Virus record (IMG/VR): IMGVR_UViG_3300042429_001107
Direction: 5' to 3' (one strand)
Length of the DNA: 64,000 nt
Source: a virus
The position numbers and the translations under genes were made by a program. The notes beneath the pieces are model-generated. The model was not told the origin of the DNA. It ran no database searches and worked only from the letters and a program-made list of their open reading frames with translations. Position 1 is the stretch's first letter, and every line of letters begins with the position of its first letter. Positions 29,033 through 38,076 of this stretch are shown piece after piece.

Positions 29033-30979
29033 ATGCTAAGCAAAAAATTTATATCATTACTCGAAAGCATGAAATCACCTCATAATGAAATGTATGAGGA
29101 CAGAGATGAAAGAGTAGAAAGAAGAGAGGAAAGAAGAAGAGAGCGAAGAGAAGATAAATTCGGAGTATCTACTAGTAGCACTGACGGTACTACTACAGAG
29201 GTCGAAGGGGATACAGATTTTAAAATTAGACCTTTTATTAGAGCAGTTGATCAATTAAAATCTCAAGTTCAATCTGAAATTTTTAATATTGATCAGACAA
29301 TAAAAAACAGAGAATCTGGATCACAAAGTGCTTCCACTTATAAAACAAAATTTAATGCTATTTTAGAAATAATTTTAAAAATTGTTTCTAAGGTTGATCT
29401 AATAAAAGATAAGGAAGGAAGAAATCTTGAAGCAAATGATTTAGCTGAAATTAAAATCTTTAGAGGTCTTTATACTACAGCTTCTAATGATTTTCTTGCT
29501 GCACAGAAAGAATGGTCAGAAAAAAAATTAGAGGCTGATACTAAATATCTTTCAGATCTTAAAGACACAGACACCAATAACTTTATTATTGGTGCTAATA
29601 AAGCATTTGACGAAGCTAAAGCTATGTTAAACGATCTTATAAGAAATTCTCAATCCGCAGGATCTAGTGGATCTTCAGGATCTTCAGGAACATCAGGATC
29701 AACAGATATTGCAACAGGCGACACAATTAAAGGCGGTAAATACGCTAAAGATTCTAAAGAAGGTAAGATAGTTATAGCGGTTAAGAAAACTATCTATACT
29801 AAATTTAAAAAATATAAATCGTTATCTGATACTAATGACTGGAAGGTGGTTTATAAAGCTGGTGTAGATAATGTATCTGGTACTTTATTAGCTAACACAC
29901 AGGCAGTAATAAAATTAGTAAAATTAGGACTTGCTACTAAAGAGGCACCAGAATTAAAATCAGACAAAACAGGTGATATTACTCCAGCATTTATTGCTGC
30001 AATAAATAAGATATCAGAGGGTAAAGAAAATACATCCGGTAGATTAATAACATTCGAAAATTTTATTAAAAATAAAATAAACGAACAATTTGACGAGGAA
30101 GCGGTAAAAACTTCTATAGCTAGTGGAAGTAGTTCATCTTCTTCTTCTAATAATTCAGGAAGTAATACCAAACCTAAAACAGAGAAACCTAAAGTTCCCA
30201 CACAAGAATATAATTCAACAGGTTTTGATAATGAGACAGATGGAAATGAATTCAGAGCATGGGTTATTAAAACACATAAAGAATGGGCAGAAACTAATGA
30301 TTTATGGGCTCAAGGACCTAAAGATAACAGACTCATAAGAAAAGCTTTTAGTCAATTTGGAGCAGATTATGCTAAAACTAAAGAGGCACCAGCAGAGGTT
30401 AAAACTGTAGCAAAATTAACTCTTTCTCAATTGCAGCAAATAGTAACATCAATAAAAGCAAGCGGAGCTAAGGCAGAAATAAAAGTAACAACTGAAGAGG
30501 GAAATCCTTATGTCTTTTGGTGGAGAGGAAAAGAATATGGTCATATATTTACTAATTTTAGACTTACGTTTGTTTCTTCTTCAGGAAAGAAATTTAATGG
30601 AACATATGCTACAGGGGGAAATATTAAATTTGATAACGGAAAAACCATTACACTTAAAGATTTTGTATTAGGAAACGCATCATTTAAAATCTCTGGCGAA
30701 AAACCTGAAGTTGCTCAATCCAAGAAAGCTTTTGTTGCTAGTTCAGGAGATGGTTATGTTAACGTGAGATCTGGAGCATTCGCAGATACCAAAGGAGGAA
30801 ACGCGAACTTAATCTATAAGCATACCGATAAGTCTAAGCAAATAGGTGTAGTTGTATCTAGTCAAGTAACTAAAAGCTCTAAAATTGGAGACAAGACTTG
30901 GTACAAAGTACAATTTCCTACAAAAATGTCAGGGCAGGAATTCGGATACGTTAGATCTGACACTGTTGATCTAAAATAA
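29033..30979 (+). CDS. Putative virion protein with C-terminal bacterial SH3-like cell-wall-binding domain and a short GSS/GTS repeat
   Basis: YVNVRSGA...WYKVQF...FGYVRSDTV; GSSGSSGSSGTSGS; internal RLITFENFIKNKINE. Confidence 0.65.
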   Translation: MLSKKFISLLESMKSPHNEMYEDRDERVERREERRRERREDKFGVSTSSTDGTTTEVEGDTDFKIRPFIRAVDQLKSQVQSEIFNIDQTIKNRESGSQSASTYKTKFNAILEIILKIVSKVDLIKDKEGRNLEANDLAEIKIFRGLYTTASNDFLAAQKEWSEKKLEADTKYLSDLKDTDTNNFIIGANKAFDEAKAMLNDLIRNSQSAGSSGSSGSSGTSGSTDIATGDTIKGGKYAKDSKEGKIVIAVKKTIYTKFKKYKSLSDTNDWKVVYKAGVDNVSGTLLANTQAVIKLVKLGLATKEAPELKSDKTGDITPAFIAAINKISEGKENTSGRLITFENFIKNKINEQFDEEAVKTSIASGSSSSSSSNNSGSNTKPKTEKPKVPTQEYNSTGFDNETDGNEFRAWVIKTHKEWAETNDLWAQGPKDNRLIRKAFSQFGADYAKTKEAPAEVKTVAKLTLSQLQQIVTSIKASGAKAEIKVTTEEGNPYVFWWRGKEYGHIFTNFRLTFVSSSGKKFNGTYATGGNIKFDNGKTITLKDFVLGNASFKISGEKPEVAQSKKAFVASSGDGYVNVRSGAFADTKGGNANLIYKHTDKSKQIGVVVSSQVTKSSKIGDKTWYKVQFPTKMSGQEFGYVRSDTVDLK

Positions 30980-30981
30980 TC

Positions 30982-31008
30982 GAAATTTTACTTATATTTG
31001 GGGTATAA
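30982..31008 (+). promoter_or_regulatory. Class-2 promoter GAAAT-N16-GTATAA
   Basis: 16 nt before ATG 31025. Confidence 0.6.
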
Positions 31009-31024
31009 TCATAAACAAAAGATT

Positions 31025-31561
31025 ATGCCCCTTATTATTGTAGAAGGTTCTAGAAAATCTGGTAAGTCTTATCTTATATCAAAGCAGACTGATTTTCCTG
31101 TTTTCAAATTTGATTTTAATTCTAATTTCTCAACATGGGATTTTGGTAAACAATCAGAAGATATTCATTGGTTTGGTCTAGGGAAAGAAGTTATGCTTCA
31201 CGAATTAAACTCGTCCGGATTTCTAGAAGAAATGGTAGTTGATAGAGGAATATTAACAAACTCTGTCTGGGGTGTATTTCAAGGAAGAGTCACAAAGACC
31301 CAAGCAGAACAAGATCTTATAAATTTTCATAAACGAGGTCTATTTAAAAATGTAAGAATCTTAGTAGTCGAAGGAGAATGGAATCAATCAAGAACTAAAG
31401 ATATTTGGGATAATGACGACTCTAGAGCAGAAGAAGAAAGGGTTCTTTTTAGATCGTTTTCTTTGCTTCTAAAGGACTTAGGAGTAGACATAAGGTCTTT
31501 CACTAATAACTTTGATTTGGAGTCAGTAGTACGCTTTAAAAACGAAATTAGAAAGAATTAA
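31025..31561 (+). CDS. P-loop nucleotide-monophosphate-kinase-like protein
   Basis: IIVEGSRKSGKS Walker A and VVDRG, as in thymidylate/dNMP kinases; start moved from TTG 30998. Confidence 0.7.
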   Translation: MPLIIVEGSRKSGKSYLISKQTDFPVFKFDFNSNFSTWDFGKQSEDIHWFGLGKEVMLHELNSSGFLEEMVVDRGILTNSVWGVFQGRVTKTQAEQDLINFHKRGLFKNVRILVVEGEWNQSRTKDIWDNDDSRAEEERVLFRSFSLLLKDLGVDIRSFTNNFDLESVVRFKNEIRKN

Positions 31562-31563
31562 AT

Positions 31564-32976
31564 ATGTGTGGAATTTTAGTAGCAAAAAGACCAAGTGAGC
31601 AAAGAATATTATCCATAGCTCACAGAGGAATAGAACACAGTACAGTTTATAAAGACGACTTATGCCTAGTACACCACAGACTACCAATTCAAACAGTAGA
31701 TGGTGATAGTTGGTCACAGCCAATACAAATTGGAGAAGACCGATGGTTATTGTTCAATGGAGAGATCTTTAATTACGGAGATTTTGAATCTGACACAGCA
31801 TATTTACAAAATCTATTCAGTTCTTTTAATTTTGGAAGTGTTGGTATGCTACAAGCTTTATTTGAACCACATATTGTTGCATGGGATGGCTTTTGGGCTA
31901 TAACATTAGTTGACACTAAGAAAAGAGAAATATTTGCTTTCACAGATCCATTAGGAAAAAAATCCCTATACAGAAACGATTCGGGGGAAATATGTTCAGA
32001 AATAAAAGGACTATTTGAACCAGGAGAGAATTTACAGATTGACGAATCATTTTTTAGTGGTGTTGTAAAATTTGGATATCTTCCTAATGCACAGACACCT
32101 ATAGCAAATGTTAAAAAATTAGAACCAAATAGATTCTACAGATGGAGTTTAGATCATCCAATAAAAGTGGAGGTTTCAGATCCTTATTATAATTTTCATT
32201 ATTTTGATGCGGGACTAAGAACATATGATGATCGATGTGATTGGCTTTTTGAAAAGATGGAAAAATCTGTAGGAGCTAGACTACTATCCAAAAACTACCC
32301 TACATCTCTACTTTTATCAGGCGGATTAGATTCTGCAATAATTGCGGGGCTTTTATTAAAGCTAGATGCTGATGTTGATTTCTATTCTATTTCTAATGGA
32401 GAAGATGAGAAGTATGTAAAAGATTGTGAGTACTACTGGGATATAGAATCTAAAAGGCTGAACTATTCAATTGATTTAGAAAGTGAAGAAGGTCAAAAAA
32501 ATCTGAAAGAGATCTATAAAAAATGGAATGAATCACCAGTTGATATGGGTAGTGTGGTTCCTCAATATCATTTATTTGATGCTATCAAAAAAGGATCTAA
32601 TACGAGGATTGTAATATCTGGGGATGGAGCAGATGAATTATTTGGAGGATATAGAAGAATTAATGAATATGATTCACAGCAATCTGATATCTTTCACGAA
32701 TTATCTTATTATCATTTACCAAGACTAGATAAGTTATCTATGGCTCATACACTAGAATTAAGAAGTCCTTTCTTAAATCATGATATTGTGAGATTTGCTT
32801 TGAGTCTTCCTTTTGAAGAAAGAAAGAATAAGAAAATTCTTAAAGACACATTCAAAGGACTAGTACCAGATTCAGTTATAGAAAGAAGCAAATTAGCTCT
32901 TAAGAATACAAAGATTGTTGAGAATCAAATAGAATACAGAAAAGATATAGTTAAATTATATCTAGGAGATTTATAA
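31564..32976 (+). CDS. asnB: Asparagine synthetase B-like glutamine amidotransferase
   Basis: MCGI N-term, HRG, HHRLPI, FNGEIFNY, LLSGGLDS, SGDGADELFGGY, ELRSPFL. Confidence 0.88.
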   Translation: MCGILVAKRPSEQRILSIAHRGIEHSTVYKDDLCLVHHRLPIQTVDGDSWSQPIQIGEDRWLLFNGEIFNYGDFESDTAYLQNLFSSFNFGSVGMLQALFEPHIVAWDGFWAITLVDTKKREIFAFTDPLGKKSLYRNDSGEICSEIKGLFEPGENLQIDESFFSGVVKFGYLPNAQTPIANVKKLEPNRFYRWSLDHPIKVEVSDPYYNFHYFDAGLRTYDDRCDWLFEKMEKSVGARLLSKNYPTSLLLSGGLDSAIIAGLLLKLDADVDFYSISNGEDEKYVKDCEYYWDIESKRLNYSIDLESEEGQKNLKEIYKKWNESPVDMGSVVPQYHLFDAIKKGSNTRIVISGDGADELFGGYRRINEYDSQQSDIFHELSYYHLPRLDKLSMAHTLELRSPFLNHDIVRFALSLPFEERKNKKILKDTFKGLVPDSVIERSKLALKNTKIVENQIEYRKDIVKLYLGDL

Positions 32977-34467
32977 AACTTCTTCTTCGCTATTTCCGTT
33001 AGCTTTTATCACTTTAACACCTGCTATTGGATCTCCTTTAGCATCTTTAGGTGAATAACCTTTAGGTCTATCACTAATAACAAAATCTTCAGAAGGATCT
33101 ACAATAAGACCAGCAGAACTTAAGAAATCTCTATTAAGTAATAAAGGTGTACTTTTTTCTGTTCTATCTACTAATGAGAATTTAACTTTCTTGTAAACTA
33201 TACCATTAAAATCAACATCAAGATTAACTACAGATCTGTGGTGTATTTTTTCACCTACCTCTGCTCTAGATTGACCTATAATTTTATTTACAAATTCTTG
33301 ATTTCCTAATTTCCAGTGTACGCTTCCGTCTGTTTCTTCAATAGAGTCAGCGTGTAAAGAACAAGAGTTAGCTCCATTTCCTGTATCAAGTTTACCAACA
33401 AAAGTACCAACCCCTGAAATAGTAACCATCTCTCTAAATCCTGCAATTTTTTTAGGTTTAACCCAATTCTTTTTATCTAATAAGAAATCCAATACCATAT
33501 CAGTTACTGGTATATTCGTTGTTTTTTCTATTCCTGTAGTACCTGGGGAAGCGTTAACTTCAAGTACATAAGGTTTATTTTCTCTGTTTTTTTCTACAAT
33601 AATATCTACTCCACACCATAGACATCCAGTAGCTTTTGCTGATTCAATTGCTATTCTTTCAATCTCCGGAGAAAGCTCTACTGTTTCTGTGTCACCACCT
33701 AGTGAGAAGTTAGTTCTAAAATCACCTTCAATTTTGATTCTTTTCATTGCTGCAATGACTTTGTACTCTCTTCCAGACATACCATCAGATTCAGCAATTA
33801 CATGTATTCTAAGGTCGTATTCAGCATCAATCTTTTCTTGTAAAACAATCTCAGTATCTGGTGACAAATACCATAATGCTTGAAGGGTAGATACCAATGA
33901 AGGTCTTGAATCTATCATAAAAACTCCGATACCTTTAGTACCTGATAGGAATTTACAGACAACTGGATAAGTTCCACCAACATCTTCTAAAGCTTTATCT
34001 ATATCAGCCTCTGATGATATAAGAGCAGTCTTAGGAACAGGTATTTTTGCTAATTGTAATTTTCTAGTGGTTTGTAATTTATCTTCACACATGATAACAG
34101 AATCATAGGAGTTCACACACGGAAATCCTAAATCTTCCATTTTCTTAAAAAATCCTTTAGCTGCATTGTTTTTTATAGCAGATCTTCTTGTAAGAACCAC
34201 CGTTCTATCTAAATAAATTTCTTGTTGTTTTCCTCCTCTACTTGATATTAAAAAAGTTCCTTTAGTTGTTTTTTGTATAGATCCTTTTTCTGTGTCTATA
34301 ATTATACACCTAACCCCTCTTTCTTCACAGATTTTCATTATTTTATCTGTGCTTGGTGCATTTTTTAAACTCCTACCTAACTTTGTGGTAAGGATTACTA
34401 CTGTCAAGGGCCTTTCTTTTCCTTTTACGCCTTTAAAAACAAACTTTTCTAATAGAGGGATATCCAT
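32971..34467 (-). CDS. RimK-family ATP-grasp ligase fused to RimK-associated aspartic-protease-like domain
   Basis: CEDKLQT, GTKGIGV, LQEKI..YDLRI, FRTNFSLGG, GVDII, LEVNASPG; C-term GKLDTGNG, LVDR...PLLLNRDFL. Confidence 0.88.
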   Translation of the reverse strand: MDIPLLEKFVFKGVKGKERPLTVVILTTKLGRSLKNAPSTDKIMKICEERGVRCIIIDTEKGSIQKTTKGTFLISSRGGKQQEIYLDRTVVLTRRSAIKNNAAKGFFKKMEDLGFPCVNSYDSVIMCEDKLQTTRKLQLAKIPVPKTALISSEADIDKALEDVGGTYPVVCKFLSGTKGIGVFMIDSRPSLVSTLQALWYLSPDTEIVLQEKIDAEYDLRIHVIAESDGMSGREYKVIAAMKRIKIEGDFRTNFSLGGDTETVELSPEIERIAIESAKATGCLWCGVDIIVEKNRENKPYVLEVNASPGTTGIEKTTNIPVTDMVLDFLLDKKNWVKPKKIAGFREMVTISGVGTFVGKLDTGNGANSCSLHADSIEETDGSVHWKLGNQEFVNKIIGQSRAEVGEKIHHRSVVNLDVDFNGIVYKKVKFSLVDRTEKSTPLLLNRDFLSSAGLIVDPSEDFVISDRPKGYSPKDAKGDPIAGVKVIKANGNSEEEVL

Positions 34468-34472
34468 ACCAA

Positions 34473-34480
34473 TATATATC
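34473..34480 (-). promoter_or_regulatory. Late-type promoter GATATATA
   Basis: 5 nt before the RimK start (34467). Confidence 0.65.
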
Positions 34481-34485
34481 TGTGG

Positions 34486-34519
34486 AAAAAGAAAAAGCCC
34501 AGATTATAATCTAGGCTTT
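34486..34519 (-). terminator. Rho-independent terminator (minus strand)
   Basis: Minus strand AAAGCCTAGATT-AT-AATCTGGGCTTTTTCTTTTT after the acidic-protein gene. Confidence 0.75.
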
Positions 34520-34542
34520 GTATCTTTTATTATTTAATGTGA

Positions 34543-35199
34543 TTAATTAAAGAAATTATCGAATCTTATAACCTTCTCCGAAGTATCATCCTCTTCCTCT
34601 TCTAAATCCGATTCGTCCTCTTCTTCAGTGTCATCTTCGTCATCTTCTTCAGTGTCATCTTCGTCATCTTCTTCTTCGTCTTCTGCTTCGATATCGTCCT
34701 CGTCAGATTCTTCTTCGTCTTCTACTTCAATTTCGTCCTCGTCAGATTCTTCTTCGTCTTCGTCGGATTCTTCCTCGTCTTCGTCAGATTCTTCTTCGTC
34801 CTCTTCATATTCTTCTTCGTCCTCTTCAGATTCTTCTTCGTCAGATTCTTCTTCGTCAGATTCTTCTTCGTCTTCGTCAGATTCTTCTTCGTCTTCGTCA
34901 GATTCTTCTTCGTCAGATTCTTCTTCTTCGTCCGATTCTTCTTCTTCGTCAGATTCTTCTTCGTCAGATTCTTCTTCGTCCTCGTCAGATTCTTCTTCTT
35001 CGTCAGATTCTTCTTCGTCAGATTCTTCAGTATCTAGATCGTCTAGGTCCTCGTCTTCTTCGTCAGATTCTTCTTCGTCCTCATCAGTTTCTTCTTCCTC
35101 CTCTTCTTCTATTTCAGAATCTTGCCAAAAATCATTTTTTGGCATTTCAGAAGGTTTTCTTGAGTTAAACTCTTCGAATGATAATATTTTTTTATCCAT
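34543..35199 (-). CDS. Extremely acidic (DEEES-repeat) protein, putative internal core protein or nucleic-acid mimic
   Basis: ~180-aa D/E/S tract flanked by MDKKILSFEEF and KVIRFDNFFN; co-oriented with neighbours and followed by a terminator. Confidence 0.75.
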   Translation of the reverse strand: MDKKILSFEEFNSRKPSEMPKNDFWQDSEIEEEEEEETDEDEEESDEEDEDLDDLDTEESDEEESDEEEESDEDEEESDEEESDEEEESDEEEESDEEESDEDEEESDEDEEESDEEESDEEESEEDEEEYEEDEEESDEDEEESDEDEEESDEDEIEVEDEEESDEDDIEAEDEEEDDEDDTEEDDEDDTEEEDESDLEEEEDDTSEKVIRFDNFFN

Positions 35200-35211
35200 T
35201 TTTTTTGTTTT

Positions 35212-35463
35212 TTATTCAGTTACACCTATAGAAGCTCCGCTTCCTGATTCTGTTGCTCCGTAACCAGGATAATCTATTTTAGAAAATCCATTAAAGATTG
35301 CGTCTTTATAGCCAACATAATCATAAGCAGATTCTGGTTTTATTTTATGTAATCCAGTTCTGTCTTCTTTACTAAGATTCTCTGGGTTCCAAGGATCATT
35401 AGCCACTTTCATAAAGTCTTTATAGCTAAGTACTTCTCTTTTTTTTACGTTCTTCTGATTCAT
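35212..35463 (-). CDS. Small putative internal protein
   Basis: KREVLSYKDFMK targeting-like motif. Confidence 0.6.
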   Translation of the reverse strand: MNQKNVKKREVLSYKDFMKVANDPWNPENLSKEDRTGLHKIKPESAYDYVGYKDAIFNGFSKIDYPGYGATESGSGASIGVTE

Positions 35464-35464
35464 A

Positions 35465-36187
35465 TTAATTAGCGAAATTTAAAATACTTGTTAGTCCACT
35501 TTTAGCAGCTTTAGTGAATATATTAGGATCTTTATTTTCTGCTCCTTGTATTTCTGATGCTATCTTTTGTTTATCTACATCCGTAACATTTTTACCACTT
35601 ATAACATCTCCAAGATTGAATCCACAAATTTTATCTCCAATCATAGTTTCAATATTGTTCATGAATGCTGTGTTGTTAGCTGCATTAGTTAAAGCCTCTC
35701 TTAGTCCTGCTGCTATAGTTGCTCCCATTCCACTTTGCATATCCATTTTTAAACCTAATCTAGGTAATAAATATTCTATTCCTCTTTCTTGTAATGTTTC
35801 AGAAAGACCCTCTACAACTGCTTTTGACCAGAACTTACAAGATCCTTTACCAAAATAACTACCAAGATCTGTGAAATGCACCTGCTCAATAATGTTTCGT
35901 ATTACTTGATAAAAGAATGTTGGTTGTCCCATTTCATCGAATGCTTCAATACCAAGTTTTTCTGTTGCCCAGTCAATAACATAATCTTTAAAAGTATCTG
36001 TAAAACCACCTCCTAATGATCCTAAAAATGAAGCAAAAATATTTTCATTTATTTGTTCTTCATTTAATCCCTCGGACTTAAGTTTAAGGTATTCATTTTC
36101 TAAAAGTGACATTTCATTACTGTATGATACATTTAATGAAGCATTTTTAGATTCTGCCAGAAATTGTGAATATTTACGAATAGTCAT
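35465..36187 (-). CDS. Putative internal head protein
   Basis: MTIRKYSQFLAE|S is close to T4 CTS MKTYQEFIAE; LLE, LNE, INE sites. Confidence 0.7.
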   Translation of the reverse strand: MTIRKYSQFLAESKNASLNVSYSNEMSLLENEYLKLKSEGLNEEQINENIFASFLGSLGGGFTDTFKDYVIDWATEKLGIEAFDEMGQPTFFYQVIRNIIEQVHFTDLGSYFGKGSCKFWSKAVVEGLSETLQERGIEYLLPRLGLKMDMQSGMGATIAAGLREALTNAANNTAFMNNIETMIGDKICGFNLGDVISGKNVTDVDKQKIASEIQGAENKDPNIFTKAAKSGLTSILNFAN

Positions 36188-36205
36188 TTTAATCTACTTT
36201 TAATG

Positions 36206-36240
36206 TATATATCATTTTACCTGTGGGAATCTGATATATA
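36206..36240. promoter_or_regulatory. Divergent pair of GATATATA late-type promoters
   Basis: Minus-strand copy at 36206-36213 (for start 36187); plus-strand copy at 36233-36240 (for ATG 36248). Confidence 0.7.
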
Positions 36241-36247
36241 TGTAGTA

Positions 36248-36658
36248 ATGGCAAGAATTTTAAAGATAGACAATTTTACAGATGCTTTTCCCAGCTTTTA
36301 TGGATTAGAAGGAGATGGTGCTTGTTATAGTGTTACTAATCCATTTTCAGTGGATATTTTAATATCCTATGATGTTAAAGGTAAAATAGGTGATATAGAT
36401 TACTTGGAGCCAACTTGGACACAATACCAATGTCAAGAAGGAGATCTTATAACATGTAACAAAAACGGATGTTATATAGAACCAAAGGCTTCTGAATATT
36501 TTGTTGAATGTATGCCTAACGATAAAACCAAACCAGGAGAGCCAAGCTTTGATAAATTCCCAGTGGAATCTTTAAAAAAAATAGGCATCGATTTAATAAA
36601 TTCACAATCTATGGGATTTGAAGAAAGAAAGAAAATAACACTTACATCGGGATTATGA
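36248..36658 (+). CDS. Hypothetical protein
   Basis: Start moved to ATG 36248 (MARILKIDNF), downstream of the promoter motif. Confidence 0.6.
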   Translation: MARILKIDNFTDAFPSFYGLEGDGACYSVTNPFSVDILISYDVKGKIGDIDYLEPTWTQYQCQEGDLITCNKNGCYIEPKASEYFVECMPNDKTKPGEPSFDKFPVESLKKIGIDLINSQSMGFEERKKITLTSGL

Positions 36659-37218
36659 AAAGGATCTTTACATTTAACCAATTTAATCTAGACGAAAGTT
36701 CTGCTGCAGGAAATATGGGACAGACATATTCAATACCGTTTGCTTATACATCTAACGATCCAAAAGATGGTTATAGTAGTAAAAGTTTTTGCGACGATTT
36801 AGAAGCTGTTTTTATAGAAAAACCAAATCTAAGAAAAGAAATTATTGAATTTTTATCATCCAACTTAGGGATATCAAAAATTGAAGAATTAGCAATAATG
36901 CCATTTATAAAAGTAGCTAAAGTCATACCTGAGATAGAAAGAATAATAGAAGCAGGTGAATATGAGCCAGAGACCACAATGCCTGGAGGCGGATTACTAT
37001 TTATAAGAAATAAGATTTTTGCTAATGGCGGGGGAGCAGATTTCTATATAAATAGAAAAGGCACTAAGGTGGAAGTTGTTACAGAGGACGAAATGGGTAA
37101 CGAGAAGGTTCGAATATTTGATATAGAAAAATTCCCTTTCGATCGTTTTGAATTTACAGAAGAGGATAAAGAAGAACTTAATGCTTTAAAAAAAGCTAAA
37201 GGAGGATTCAGCTTTTAA
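36655..37218 (+). CDS. Putative internal head protein
   Basis: MKRIFTFNQFNLDE|S targeting-like N-terminus. Confidence 0.6.
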   Translation: MKRIFTFNQFNLDESSAAGNMGQTYSIPFAYTSNDPKDGYSSKSFCDDLEAVFIEKPNLRKEIIEFLSSNLGISKIEELAIMPFIKVAKVIPEIERIIEAGEYEPETTMPGGGLLFIRNKIFANGGGADFYINRKGTKVEVVTEDEMGNEKVRIFDIEKFPFDRFEFTEEDKEELNALKKAKGGFSF

Positions 37219-37921
37219 ACTTATTCATAATAAGATCTATAGATTTTTCTTTCCCTAGCTCTGTTCCTATCTCTAAATCAATATCCTTAGATACATCAGC
37301 GACTAACACACAATCATATTGAGTGGAAAAGTCTTTTATGTTTTCTTTTAGAAATTTTTTTATCTTAGCAATATCTTTTGTTGTGTTACATTGAGGATCT
37401 AATAATTCGGTCATTAATAAAGCTATATTCTCCTTACCCGCAACTTTAACTATGGAAAAGAACCAACTAAATATTCTCATGTGTTCTTCACCTTTTTTTC
37501 TTATAACTAAAAATCCCTGATCCCAAAGATTATATTTAGCACAATAGCTTTCGACATCAACTAATGAATTATATCTTTCATAAAATTCTCTGTTATCATT
37601 AAGAAACTCATTGATTACTTTTATTGAATTTTTTACAATATTCTCAATTTCTTCTATATCATCAAGATTTTTATCAAGCATATCATACATATGACTCCTT
37701 TCCTCATCTGTCATTTTAGACAAGGTCTTTTGTGTTAGCTCTGTTTTTTTATCAAAGCTCTCCAAATCTTTTTTTATTGCAATTAGATTCTTGAAATACT
37801 TCTCAAATCCTTGTGTTTTAAAGCTCTCTTTGACCCTCATTAAATAAGCCATAAGAATATAATATCTATATTCTGTATCTATTGGGGATTCTATAAACCA
37901 ATAAGGCTTTAATTCTTTCAT
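37208..37921 (-). CDS. Hypothetical protein
   Basis: 237-aa ORF, N-term WFIESPIDTEYRYYILMAYL; AATATATA upstream. Confidence 0.65.
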   Translation of the reverse strand: MKELKPYWFIESPIDTEYRYYILMAYLMRVKESFKTQGFEKYFKNLIAIKKDLESFDKKTELTQKTLSKMTDEERSHMYDMLDKNLDDIEEIENIVKNSIKVINEFLNDNREFYERYNSLVDVESYCAKYNLWDQGFLVIRKKGEEHMRIFSWFFSIVKVAGKENIALLMTELLDPQCNTTKDIAKIKKFLKENIKDFSTQYDCVLVADVSKDIDLEIGTELGKEKSIDLIMNKFKS

Positions 37922-38076
37922 GTAATCTTGTTAATACATTATATTATATATTAAATCAGGGAAAATTATTCATGAATTGAAAATATATCTGAAATATTGA
38001 AACTATTCTGTGGAACCCGTCTAAAATTTTTATCTTTAAAATCCCAGGCTATGAATACTTTATATATGATAATCTT

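Noticed and set aside
34628-35263. Plus-strand poly-Ser ORF as a second glycosylation substrate
   Set aside because: Antisense of the acidic gene, which has an ATG, terminal motifs, operon context and a terminator; the poly-Ser ORF has a GTG start inside the repeat and no promoter motif
14867-38076. tRNA genes in the larger gaps (14867-15133 and 37922-38076)
   Set aside because: No cloverleaf or T-loop GTTCRA pattern seen by eye; tRNAscan was not run
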